From Malacoraja senta (Eukaryota), in NCBI GenBank assembly GCA_038087875.1, contig JAXLNO010000350.1:124001-188000 (forward strand): DNA of 64,000 nucleotides. The letters are read 5' to 3'. Positions 11,252 to 22,402 of the stretch are shown here, piece after piece; position 1 is the stretch's first letter, and each line of letters starts with the position of its first letter. The notes beneath the pieces were generated by a model, which worked only from the letters and a program-made list of their open reading frames with translations, made no database searches and was not told the origin of the DNA. Position numbers and translations under genes: made by a program.

Positions 11252-12478
11252 ATGGAGGACCACATGACAGGGCACAACAAGGAGAAGCGTTATGAGTGCG
11301 ATGTGTGTGGCAAGGCCTGGCAACACCTCAGCCAGCTGGAGAGCCACCGGCGGGTGCACACGGGCGAGAAGCCCTTCACCTGCTCTGACTGCGGCAAAGG
11401 CTTCAAGTCGTCCACGAACCTGAAGGTGCACAGACGCGTGCACACCGGGGAGCGGCCCTACCCCTGCAGCGAATGTGGCAAGGGCTTCACCAAGTCCAGC
11501 AACCTGCTGGTGCACCAGCGCACCCACACCGGCGAGCGCCCCTACACCTGCGCCCTGTGTGGCAAAAGCTTCAAGTCGTCGCCGGAACTGAATGTGCACA
11601 GGCGCGTGCACACCGGGGAGCGGCCGTACATCTGCAGCGACTGCGGCAAGGGCTTCACTAAGTCCCACAACCTGCAGGTCCACCAGCGCACTCACACTGG
11701 CGAGCGTCCCTTCACCTGCGCCCAGTGCGGCAAGGGCTTCACATGCTCCACCCAGCTGCTGTACCACCAGCGGGTGCACTCCGGCGACCGTCCCTTCCCC
11801 GGGCACTTCGGCTGCTCCGACAGCGGCAAGGACTTCAAGAAGGCGCAGGACCTGAAGATCCACCGGCGGGTGCCCACGGGCGGGAAGCCCTATGGCTGCT
11901 CCACATGTGGCAAGATCTTTACCTCGTTGTCAGGGCTGCGGGTGCACCAACGGGTGCACAGCGGTGAGCAGCCCTTCACTTGCTCCGACTGCGGCAAAGG
12001 CTTCAAGTCGTCCACGAACCTGAAGGTGCACAGACGCGTGCACACCGGGGAGCGGCCCTACCCCTGCAGCGACTGCGGCAAGGGCTTCACCAAGTCCAGC
12101 AACTTGCTGGTGCACCAGCGCACCCACACCGGCGAGCGCCCCTACACCTGCGCACAGTGCGGCAAAGGCTTCAAGTCGTCGCCGGAACTGAATGTGCACA
12201 GGCGCGTGCACACCGGGGAGCGGCCGTACACCTGCAGCGACTGCGGCAAGGGCTTCACCAAGACCCACAACCTGCAGGTGCACCAGCGCACCCACACCGG
12301 CGAGCGCCCCTACACCTGCACCCAGTGCGGCAAGGGCTTCACATGCTCCACCCAGCTGCTGAAACACCAGCAGGTGCACTATGGCGACAGTCCCAAGGCA
12401 TTTCGGCTGCTCCGATTGCGGCAAGAGCTTTGCCAGGATGTCCAGGCTGCGGGAACACCAGCGGGTGCACAGCAGTGA
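11252..12478 (+). CDS. Tandem C2H2 zinc-finger protein (13 fingers, one degenerate, no KRAB in this exon), truncated by frameshift
   Basis: Repeated CxxC...HxxxH fingers with TGERP/TGEKP linkers. Splice acceptor cctcctgcag|g at 11127/11128. ATG at 11252. Confidence 0.85.
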   Translation: MEDHMTGHNKEKRYECDVCGKAWQHLSQLESHRRVHTGEKPFTCSDCGKGFKSSTNLKVHRRVHTGERPYPCSECGKGFTKSSNLLVHQRTHTGERPYTCALCGKSFKSSPELNVHRRVHTGERPYICSDCGKGFTKSHNLQVHQRTHTGERPFTCAQCGKGFTCSTQLLYHQRVHSGDRPFPGHFGCSDSGKDFKKAQDLKIHRRVPTGGKPYGCSTCGKIFTSLSGLRVHQRVHSGEQPFTCSDCGKGFKSSTNLKVHRRVHTGERPYPCSDCGKGFTKSSNLLVHQRTHTGERPYTCAQCGKGFKSSPELNVHRRVHTGERPYTCSDCGKGFTKTHNLQVHQRTHTGERPYTCTQCGKGFTCSTQLLKHQQVHYGDSPKAFRLLRLRQELCQDVQAAGTPAGAQQ

Positions 12479-13200
12479 GCGGCCCTTCACCTGCTCCAAC
12501 TGTGGCAAAGGCTTCAAGTTATCCATGAACCTGAAGGTGCACAGTCGCCTGCACACCAGGAAGCAGCCCTACACCTGCAGCGACTCCGGCAAGGGTTTCA
12601 CCCGCTCTGACAGCCTGCTGGTGCACCAACGCACCCACACCGGCGAGTGCCCCTACACCTGGGCTTCACATGCTCCACCAGGCTGCTGTCCCACCAGCTG
12701 GTGCACGCCTGCAACCGTCCCTTCCGCAGCTCGGTGTGTGGATGGCGCTTTGCCATGGCGTCCCACGTCCTATCTCACCAGCACGTCCACACCAGTGGCC
12801 AGCCCTGCGACCGCCCGTACTGCGGTGAGGCGTTTGACAGCTCGTGGGGATTGCGGCAGCACCGGCGGGCCCACGCCATCGAGCGGCTGCTCCCACTGCG
12901 GCAAGCGGTTGAAGAGCGCACGGGTGCTGCGGGAGCGCCAGCGGATACACACCGGAGAGAGGCCCTTTGTGTGCGCTGAGTGTGGCAAGGGTTTTACCCG
13001 CATGTCCAGCCTGTGGCAGCACCGGCGTACCCACAGCAGTGAGCGTCCCTTCCCTGCCCGTCCTATGGTAAAGTCTTCACCCACCTTAACCACCTGATGG
13101 AGCACCGGCAAGTCCACATCGGCCAGCACCCCTTCACCTGCCCGCTCTGTGGCAAGGCCTTTACCCGCTCCTCCAGCCTGCTGGCACACCGCGACGTGGA
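12390..13200 (+). pseudogene. Frameshifted, degenerate continuation of zinc-finger array 1
   Basis: Further fingers spread over alternating frames (ORFs 12381-13097, 12647-12979), with deletions near 12395, 12660 and 12890. Confidence 0.8.
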
Positions 13201-13214
13201 TAGGCGCTGTTCAG

Positions 13215-14250
13215 GTAGACACAAAATGCTGGAAGGAATGGGTAACGTTTTGGGCTGAGACACTCTTCAGTTTTGACCCGAAACATCACCCATTCCTTCT
13301 CTCCAGAGATGCTGCCTGTCCCACTGAGTTACTCCAGCATTTTGTGTCCTTTTTTGTAAACCAGCATCTGCTGTTTTTAAACCATTCTGGTAAACCATCT
13401 CTGCTCCTTCCACAAAGCCTCCACATCAGTCTGTAATAGAGTGACCAGAACCGAATACAATACTCCAAATGCTACCTGACCAATGTCCCTTAAAGCTGCA
13501 CATATACATTCCTCTCTCCTTATCTCACACCCTTTTATCTCCTTATTTTCTTAATCTGAAACGTCACCCATTCCTTCTGTCTGGAGATGCTGCATGTCCC
13601 GCTGTGTTACTCCAGCATTTTGTGTCCACATATCGCTTGCCCGGCTTTGTCCAGCCCCCATCTCTCTTTTCCAGCTTCCTCCTCCCACCCTCTCCAACCA
13701 GTCTGAAGAAGGGTCCTGACTCAAAACATCGTCTGCCCATTCCCTCTAAAGCAGTGGAGGAACTCAGTGTGTCAGGCCACATGTGTAGAGGGAAGGGAAT
13801 CTAAGGGACCATTCTGACCTCTCCTTTTCAACTTTCTCCACCCCCCACACCAAGCAGTCTGAAGAAGGGTCCTGACCTAGAATGTTGCCTGTCCATGCTC
13901 TCCAGAGGTGCACGTTACTCGAGGAGATTGTGTCTCTTTTTGTAAACCAGCACCTGCTATTCCTTGTGTCTAGATTAGGCAGAAGGGAGAGAAGGCAGGC
14001 ACGGGTTATTGATAGGGGACAATCAGCCATGATCACAATGAATGGCGGTGCTGGCTCGAAGGGCCAAATGGCCTCCTCCTGCACCTATTTTCTATGTTTC
14101 TATGTTTCTCGGCATGCATTTCAGCCTACACTTGCACTCGGTCCGCCAAGGCCTGTTGAAACTCCCGGTTGCCAACCATTTTAACTTCCCGTTCCCCCTC
14201 AACTCCGAACAGTGGGATCATGCTCTCTGCCCTTGGACGTCCGCAAGACT
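13215..14250. mobile_element. Penelope-like relics and a CR1 3' tip in the zinc-finger 3' region
   Basis: ctgaagaagggtc motifs (13703, 13858), LPVANHFN GIY-YIG remnant (about 14160), CR1 3' UTR 13980-14110. Confidence 0.55.
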
Positions 14251-14764
14251 CCAGCTGCGGTAAACAAGGACGTTTGCTCGTTAACCCGCTGGAGCCAAGT
14301 CGTATTCCAATGAAATAAATGTCTCTTTTTGTGGAAGAAATTAATTTACAGAGATATGATACAATGATACAATTTATTTGTTGTCATTTGAACCTAAGTT
14401 CAAACGAAATTTGGTTTCTGCAGTCATACAAACAAGTAAAAAGAACCAAGACACAACACAATTTACACAAACATCCATCACAGTGAATCTCCTCACTGTG
14501 ATGGAAGGCAGTCTTGTCTCTCCCCTGCACTCCCCATTCTCCCCCCCCCCCCCCCCGATGTCAAAGTCATATCATGGAGCGATGGCAGCAGAAAACTGCT
14601 CACCAGTTCTCTGACCACAGCAGAATTAGCCGACAGTTACACTGTGCGTTAAACAACTTTTTTTTTGTTAGGTACTGCTAGACGAAAATATACTATATAC
14701 TACATAGGTACCAATTATTTCATTATTCATAGTATATTTGGTGTATATTCATAGTATATTTAAA

Positions 14765-15420
14765 CAAGCTTTTGGTGTGCTGGCCTTTATAAATCAGAGC
14801 ATTGAGTATAGAAGTTGGGATGTAATGTTAAAATTGTACAAGGCATTGGTGAGGCCAATTCTGGAGTATGGTGTACAATTCTGGTCGCCAAATTATAGGA
14901 AAGATGTCAACAAAATAGAGAGAGTAGAGAGGAGATTTACTAGAATGTTGCCTGGGTTTCAGCAACTAAGTTACAGAGAAAGGTTGAACAAGTTAGGTCT
15001 TTATTCTTTGGAGCGCAGAAGGTTAAGGGGGTCTTGATTGAGGTCTTTAAAATGATGAGAGGGATAGACAGAGTTGACGTGGATAAGCTTTTTCCATTGA
15101 GAGTAGGGAAGATTCAAACAAGTGGACATGATTTGAGAATTAAGGGACAGAAGTTTAGGGGTAATATGAGGGGGAACCTCTTTCCTCAAGAGAGTGGTAG
15201 CTGTGGAATGAGCTTCCAGTGAAAGTGGTGGAGGCAGGTTCGATTTTATCATTTAAAAATAAGTTGGATAGGTTTATGGACGGGAAAGGAATGGAGGGTT
15301 ATGGTCTGAGTGCAGGTAGATGGGACTAGGTGAGAATAAGTGTTCGGCACAGACTAGAAAGGCCGAGATGGCCTGTATCCGTGCTGTAAATGTTATATGG
15401 TTATATGTTTTATGGTTATA
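14765..15420 (+). mobile_element. CR1 LINE 3' fragment, second subfamily
   Basis: AFGVLAFINQSIEYRSWDVMLKLYKALVRPILEYGVQFWSP. (gttatatg)n tail. Near-identical to 34196-34962. Confidence 0.92.
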
Positions 15421-15429
15421 TATTTTTTG

Positions 15430-16080
15430 TTATCTTTTGTGTGTCTAAATGTATGTTTTAATGTTTCTTGGTCTGTTTGATGTGGGCATTGGGGAATTTG
15501 GCAAACTTTTCAGTCACTTACCGTGACAGAGATGCGACTTTTTTACGTGTCACATCTTTGCCCCCCCCCCCCGTGGCCTGACAACTAGATTGGTGCGGCC
15601 TTTCCAGACTGGACACCTTCCTGGGGCTTCAAGCAGCAGGCGCGTCACGGACTTTAACATTGCGGAGCGGGCGATCCTTTGCTGAGGATCGCCAGAAGAA
15701 ATGCTCTGACCGCGGAAGGCCTGTGGCCTTTAACATCGAGAAGCCCCCGTCTCCGGTAAGAAACAGGCCGATTCGGGAAGCCGCGGAGAGTGTGTGTTCC
15801 GATCAGTCCCGATGTCAGAGTTTTGATCATCCCGACGAGAGGGCTTGTACATCGGGCCGTCTGTAGCAGCGACTATGGGGGGTTCAAGGCCCTGATCACG
15901 GGTGAACAAAGGAGAAAGATTGACTGAACTTTATTGCCTTCCATCGCAGTGAGGAATGATGATTCCACTGTGGTGGATGTTTATGTTCATTTGTATTGTG
16001 GATTGTGTTCTTTTTACTTGTATGGTAACTCAAACACCACTGTACCCTAACTGGTGACAATAAATGTGAACTTAAACTTG
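15430..16080 (+). mobile_element. Non-autonomous retroposon-like repeat (family unresolved)
   Basis: Ends in ...gacaataaa. Its gccttccatcgcagtgagga segment recurs inverted at about 14490-14510, inside an insertion that the paralogous arm lacks. Confidence 0.4.
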
Positions 16081-16119
16081 TACTATGTTTGCATGTTCTG
16101 TTGTGCTGCAGCAAGTAAG

Positions 16120-16630
16120 AAATTCTTGCTATTGAGGGAGTGCAGCGTAGGTTCACCAGGTTAATTCCCGGGATGGCGGGACTGTCATATGCTGATAGAA
16201 TGGAGCGGCTGGGCTTGTATACTTTATGAATTTAGAAGGATGAGAGGGCATCTTATTGAAACATAAGATTATTAAGGGTTTGGACACGCTAGAGGCAGGA
16301 AACATGTTCCTGATGTTGGGGTAGTCCAGAACCAGTGGCCACAGTTTTAAGAATAAGGGGCAAGCCATTTAGAACGGAGATGAGCAGACACTTTTTCACA
16401 CAGAGACTTGTAAGTCTGTGGAATTATCTGCCTCAGAAGGGGGTGGAGGCCGGTTCTCTGGATACTTTCCAGAGAGGGCTAGATAGAGCTCTTAAAGATA
16501 GCGGAGTCGGGGGATATGGGGAGAAGGCAGGAACGGGGTACTGATTGTGGATGATCAGTCATGATCACATTGAATGGCGGTGCTGGCTCGAACGGCCGAA
16601 TGGCCTCCTCCTGCACCTATTGTCTATTCA
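16120..16630 (+). mobile_element. CR1 LINE 3' fragment
   Basis: ILAIEGVQRRFTRLIPG remnant plus 3' UTR. Inverted paralog at 52815-53275. Confidence 0.88.
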
Positions 16631-16899
16631 TTGTTCTATCTGGGACATATGACAATAAAACACCCATGACCCATGACTCTTGACTCTGCTGATCCCAAAA
16701 CATCTCTCATTCCTTCTCTCCAGAGATGCTGCCTTTCCCGCCGAGTTACTCGAGCACATTGTGTCTATGTAAGGTTTAAACCAGCGTCCGCAGTCCTTTT
16801 CTGCTTGCGTTGATCAGCCACTGGTCGGCGAAGGGGTTGGAACCTAAGATGCCTGGACAGGTACGTGGACAAGACAGGGTTAGAGGGGAGAATGGGCGA

Positions 16900-17160
16900 A
16901 TAGTGGCCATTGGCACCTCAAGATGGCATTTTGAAGGGCGAGACCCTAACAAGATGGCCGCCATCAACCCCTCACCAAGATGGTCACCCTCAACCCCTCA
17001 CCAAGACGGTCGCCGGCTGGCGACCAATCAGTGGCGCCGTCCTAACCCGCCCTCATCAAGATGGCCGCCCCCGGGCCCCGCCTCCCCAGCGACCGGTTCA
17101 AAATGGCGGCGGAGCATCGTCAGTTGGTGGTGTCGCTGCTGAGTGGCGGCCTAAGGTAAA
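16900..17160 (+). promoter_or_regulatory. YY1-motif cluster and candidate non-coding first exon (orphan copy)
   Basis: About 6 aagatggc/aaaatggcggc-type motifs (YY1 core AAnATGGCG), ending in donor ctaag|gtaaat at about 17155. Paralogs at 44690-44860 plus 48900-49025, and 57635-57822. Confidence 0.55.
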
Positions 17161-17779
17161 TTATGTTATAAATCAGCAGGGGATTGAGCGGGATCGGGTC
17201 AATATGGGGGAGAACTGAGGTAAATCACCACATAAAGTACACGTCTGTCGGGTCAAACTCGTTCTAATCCTCCCCCTCTTATTCACTGAGGTAAATAACA
17301 TCATAAATCAGCAGCGGATCAGCGGAATAAACCCAGTCGGGGAGAGCTGAGGTCAATTATGTCATAATCCCACAGGGGAGTGAAATAAACCGGTCTGTGG
17401 GGGAAAATGAGGGAAATCTATATTACAAAAGTCTGACCTTGACCACTTCCTGTTCTGTATATTGATTTTAGAAAAAACGTTGCCACTTACGGCTGTGATT
17501 TTTGGCCTTCTTACTCGGATTCCCCCTCCGCTGCGCAGGACAAGAGGATTTTTCCCATCGATGAAAAATAAAAGTTATTAGTGTTTAAAAAATGTTGAGA
17601 TTCTCTCCTGAATGCCACGCCCCTTCCGGAGGGACTATAAAACCCGGAAGTGTGGAGGTGCCTCAGTTCTCTGCAAGGGGGGAGCGAGAGGTCGCAATTC
17701 TCAGTCTGAGCTGTGAATAACACTGAACACATGTCTACTAAACTGAGTGGTTTTACTGATCTGTCAGTGCCCTTAATGT

Positions 17780-18170
17780 GGTTTGAAAATGCAAAAGTGT
17801 GTTTTGGTTTTGATAGTGCTAAAGCAAGCTGTGTTGCCTTTGGTTTTGAAAATGCTAAAGCAAGCTGCGTTGCCTTTGGTTTTGAAAGTGTTAAAGCAAG
17901 CTGCTTTGGTAGCACTTTTGAAAGTGCTAAAGCAACTGCCTTGCCTTTGGTTTTGAAAGTGCTAAAGCAAGCTGCCTTGCCTTTTCGTTTTGAAAGTGCT
18001 AAAGCAAGCTGCCTTGCCTTTGGTTTTGAAGCCTTTGGTTTTGAAAGTGCTAAAGCAAGCTGCCTTGCCTTTTCGTTTTGAAAGTGCTAAAGCAATCTGC
18101 CTTGCCTTTGGTTTTGAAAGTGTTAAAGCAAGCTGGCCTTGCCTTTGGATTTGAAAGTGCTAAAGCAAGT
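17780..18170. repeat. 36-bp minisatellite inside the Helitron (resumes 21034-21120)
   Basis: Unit ttgaaagtgctaaagcaagctgccttgcctttggtt, about 11 copies. Confidence 0.93.
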
Positions 18171-21033
18171 GCAGGGGCAAAAATCAAAAAGGGACACTTT
18201 TCAACATAATTGTATAAGGGGTAAGAGCGTTGTAAAAACAAGCCTGAAGGCTTTGTGTCTCAATGCAAGGAGTATTCGTAATAAGGTGGATGAGTTGAAT
18301 GTGCAGATAGCTATTAATGATTATGATATAGTTGGGATCACGGGGACATGGCTCCAGGGTGACCAAGGCTGGGAGGTGAACATCCAGGGATATTCAATCT
18401 TCAGGAGGGATAGACAGAAAGGAAAAGGAGGTGGGGTAGCGTTGCTGGTTAGAGAGGAGATTAACGCAATGGAAAAGAAGACAATAGCTTGGAGGATGTG
18501 GAATCGATAAGGGTAGAGCTGCGAAACACTAAGGGGCAGAAAACGCTAGTGGGTGTTGTGTACAGGCCACCTAACTAGTAGTGGAGTTGGGGATGGCATC
18601 AAACAGGAAATTAGAAATGGGTGCAACAAAGGTAAAACAGTTATAATGGTGACTTCAATCTACATATAGATTGGGTGAATCAAATTGGCAGGGGGTGCTG
18701 AGGAAAAGGGATTTCTTAGGAATGTATGCGGGATAGTTTTCTAAACCAACATGTGGAGGAACCAATGAGAGAGCAGGCTATTCTAGACTGGGTATTGAGT
18801 AATGAGGAAGGGTTAGTTAGCAGTCTTGCAGTGCGTGCCCCCTTGGGCAAGAGTGACCATAATATGGTTGAGTTCTTCATTAGGATGGAGAGTGACATTG
18901 TTAATTCAGAAACAAGGGTTCTGAACTTAAAGAAAGGTAACTTTGAGGGTATGAGACGTGAATTGGCCAAGATTGGCAAAAGAATAACCAGGGAAGGTAG
19001 TGCATCCGTGGATAACAAGGGAAATGAGGGATAGTATCAAAACAAAAGATGAAGCGTGGAAATTAGCCAGAAAAAGCAGCCTACCCGTGGACTGGAGAAA
19101 TTCATAGTCCAGCAGAGGAGGACAAAGGGCTTATTAGGAAAGGGAAAATAGATTATGAAAGAAAACTAGCAGGGACATAAAAACTGACTGCAAAAGTTTT
19201 TATAGATATGTGAAGAGAAAGAGATTAGTTAAAACAAATGTAGGTCCCTTGCAGTCAGAAAACAGGTGAATTGATCATGGGGAACAAGGACATGGCAGAC
19301 CAATTGAATAACTACTTTGGTTCTGTCTTCACTAAGGAAGACATAAATAATCTGCCGGAAATAGCAGGGGACCGCAGGTCAAATGAGATGGAGGAACTGA
19401 GTGAAATCCAGGTTAGCCGGGAAGTGGTGTTAGGTAAATTGAATGGATTAAAGTCCATAAATCCCCAGGGCCAGATAGGCTGCATCCCAGAGTACTTAAG
19501 GAAGTAGCCCCAGAATTAGTGGATGCATTAGTGATAAGTTTCAAAACTCCTTAGATTCTGGAGTAGTTCCTGAGGATTGGAGGGTAGCTAATGTAACCCC
19601 AATTTTAAAAAGGGAGGGAGAGAAAAATGGGGAATTTCAGACCAGTTAGTCTAACATCGGTAGTGGGGAAACTGCTAGAGTCAGTTATTAAAGATGGGAT
19701 AGCAGCACATTTGGAGTGGGTGAAATCATTGGACAAAGTCAGCATGGATTTAACAAAAGGTAAATCATGTCTGACGAATCTTATAAAATTTTCGAGGATG
19801 TAACTAGTAGAGTGGATAAGGGAGAACCAGTGGATGTTATATCTGGACTTTCAGAAGGGTTTCGACAAGGTCCCACATAAGAGATTAGTATACAAGCTTA
19901 AAGCACACGGTATTGGGGGTTCAGGTATTGATGTGGATAGAGCACTGGCTGGCAAACAGGAAGCAAAGAGTAGGAGTAAACGGGTCGTTTTCAGAATGGC
20001 AGACAGTGACTAGTGGGGTACCGCAAGGCTCAGTGCTGGGACCCCAGCTATTTACAATATATTAATGATTTGGACGAGGGAATTGAATGCAACATCTCCA
20101 GGTTTGCGGATGACACGAAGCTGGGGGGCAATGTTAGCTGTGAGGAGGATGCTAGGAGGCTGCAAGGTGACTTGGATAGGCTGGGTGAGTGGGCAAATGC
20201 ATGGCAGATGCAGTATATGTGGATAAATGTGAGGTTATCCACTTTGGTGGCAAAAACAGGAAAGTAGACTTATCTAAATGGTGGCCGATTAAGGAAAAGG
20301 GGAGATGCAACAAGACCTGGGTGTCATGGTACACCTGTCATTGAAAGTAGGCATGCCAGGTGCAGCAGGCAGTGAAGAAAGCGAATGGTATGTTAGCATT
20401 CATAGCAAAAGGATTTGAATATATGGAGCAGGAGGTTCTACTGCAGTTGTACAGGGTCTTGGTGAGACCACGCCTGGAGTATTGCGTACAGTGTTGGTCT
20501 CCAAATCTGAGGAAAGACATTCTTGCCATAGAGGGAGTACAGAGAAGGTTCACCAGACTGATTCCTGGGATGTCAGACTTTCATATGAAGAAGTCTGGGT
20601 AGACTCGGCTTGTACTCGCTAGAATTTAGAAGATTGAGGGGGGAATCTTATAGAAACATACAAAATTCTTAAGGGGTTGGACAGGCTAGATGCAGGAAGA
20701 TTGTTCCCAATGTTGGGGAAGTCCAGGACAAGGGGTCACAGTTTAAGGATAAAGGGGAAATCCTTTAGGACCGAGATGAGAAAAAAAATTCACACAGAGT
20801 GGGTGAATCTCTGGAACTCTCTGCCACAGAAGGTAGTTGAGGCCAGTTCATTGGCTATATTTAAGAGGGAGTTAGATGTGGCCCTTGTGGCTAAAGGGAT
20901 CAGGTGGTATGGAGAGAAGGCAGGTACAGGATACTGAGTTGGATGATCAGCCATGATCATATTGAAGGCGGTGCAGGCTCGAAGGGCCAAATGGCCTACT
21001 CCTGCACCTATTTGCTATGTTTCTATGTTTTCT
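18171..21033 (+). mobile_element. CR1 LINE, near-complete ORF2 (APE endonuclease + RT), heavily frameshifted
   Basis: LCLNARSIRNK, GDFN, LDWVL, SDHN endonuclease motifs; [16 protein letters not shown] and FADD RT motifs; (tttctatg)n tail. Confidence 0.95.
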
Positions 21034-22100
21034 AAGCTGCCTTGCCTTTGGTTTTGAAAGTGCTAAGGCAAGCTGCCTTGCCTAATTAGAGCTGCCTTGT
21101 CTAATTAGAGCTGCCTTTGCTTCTATATAATTAAAAGTCTAATCTTGAGTAATTCCTGTTTGCACTTTATATTGATTTTAGAAAAAACGCTACCACGTAC
21201 GGCTGTGATTTTTGGCCATCTTACTCGGTCCCTGTCCGCTCATCAGGTGTCGAGGATTTTTCCCATCGATGAAAAATAAAAGAGTTATCAGTGTTTTAAA
21301 AATGTTGAGATTCTCTCTCCTGTCAATCATGCCATAAAGGCCACGCCCCTTCTGGTGGGAGGGGAAGGGACTATAAAACCCGGAAGTGTGGGCATGGCTC
21401 AGTCTCGCTGCCTTTAGTGGCCTTGCACCCTGCTTGAAATGGTATGAAACTGCACTTGAATTTGGTGGCCTTGCACCCTGCTTGAAATGGTATGAAACTG
21501 TCCTTGAATTTGGTGGCCTTGCACCCTGCTTGTAATGGAATTTAAAGGAATAGCTGTGAGTCAACTGCGAGCCCACCACCCATGAGTGAGTGAGCTACCA
21601 GCAAAACAGGCTTGAGTGACTGAGCCGCCAGCCCAAGAATCCATTCGGCCCACAGTTTCCATACTAGCCCTCTGGAAACCAGTCCCTTCAGTGCACAACA
21701 CCCATACTAGCTCTCCAGAAAGCCCCCCCCTCTCACTGGCCAGCAATATTGGAATTGGTGGAGAGGTGGAATATTGCGTTGGGAGATCAGCCCTCCGTTG
21801 TGATGCTAGGTCCCAACGGGTCCCACTTAGTCTAGTAGTATATATTATCTTCTTTATTAAATGTATCTTGTATAATTTTGTATTGAAAAGAAGTTGTATC
21901 TTGTATAATCTTGTATTGAAAAGTAGTTTGTGATTGGGGCCTCTTTCTCAAGGTCATAGTCCATTTGCTCTTTCTTGATGACACATTCCTGAGCTCTGGT
22001 GTAACATAAGGCTCAGGGTTTATGACTGTTTATACTAGTCTGATAGCAAGGTGCCTCTCAAATAATGGATTCTGTGATTCAGTCTTTTGCTACTTTTAAT

Positions 22101-22402
22101 AGTAAGATTAAACGAGAACTTACCAGTTTGAAGTTTGATCTTTATTTTATGAGGAGTTACGTTGGTGATTACGTGAAGAAGACCCGTCAGGGCGCCTGCG
22201 CGTCAATCTTCAAAGCAGCGGTGTGAAATCACAAACAACAAGAACGAAGTAATATAGTAACCTAATAAAACGAGTAAATTAAGAACTTCCATCTGACCTT
22301 TATGAAAGAGGGTTGGGCCGTGGTGGGCACGTTATCACCAACGTAACTCCTCATAAAATAAAGATCAAACTTCAAACTGGTAAGTTCTCCTTTAATCTTA
22401 CT
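22101..22402. repeat. ~75-bp inverted repeat pair (DIRS ITR/ICR)
   Basis: 22101-22175 agtaagattaaacgagaacttaccagtttgaag... is the near-perfect reverse complement of 22328-22402. Confidence 0.9.

Larger units (their letters stand above)
17417..21835 (+). mobile_element. Composite non-autonomous Helitron (two 5' modules) with a nested CR1
   Basis: A|TCTATATTACAAAA at 17417, second TCTATATAATTAAAA at 21122, imperfect hairpin ggtccc-aac-gggtccc and CTAG|T at 21832-21835. Shares internal blocks and the 48-bp unit with 4258-5992. Confidence 0.8.

Noticed and set aside
11207..13263. Long antisense and alternate-frame ORFs over zinc-finger gene 1 (likewise 54522-56321)
   Set aside because: Shadow ORFs caused by the GC-rich codon bias of C2H2 repeats.
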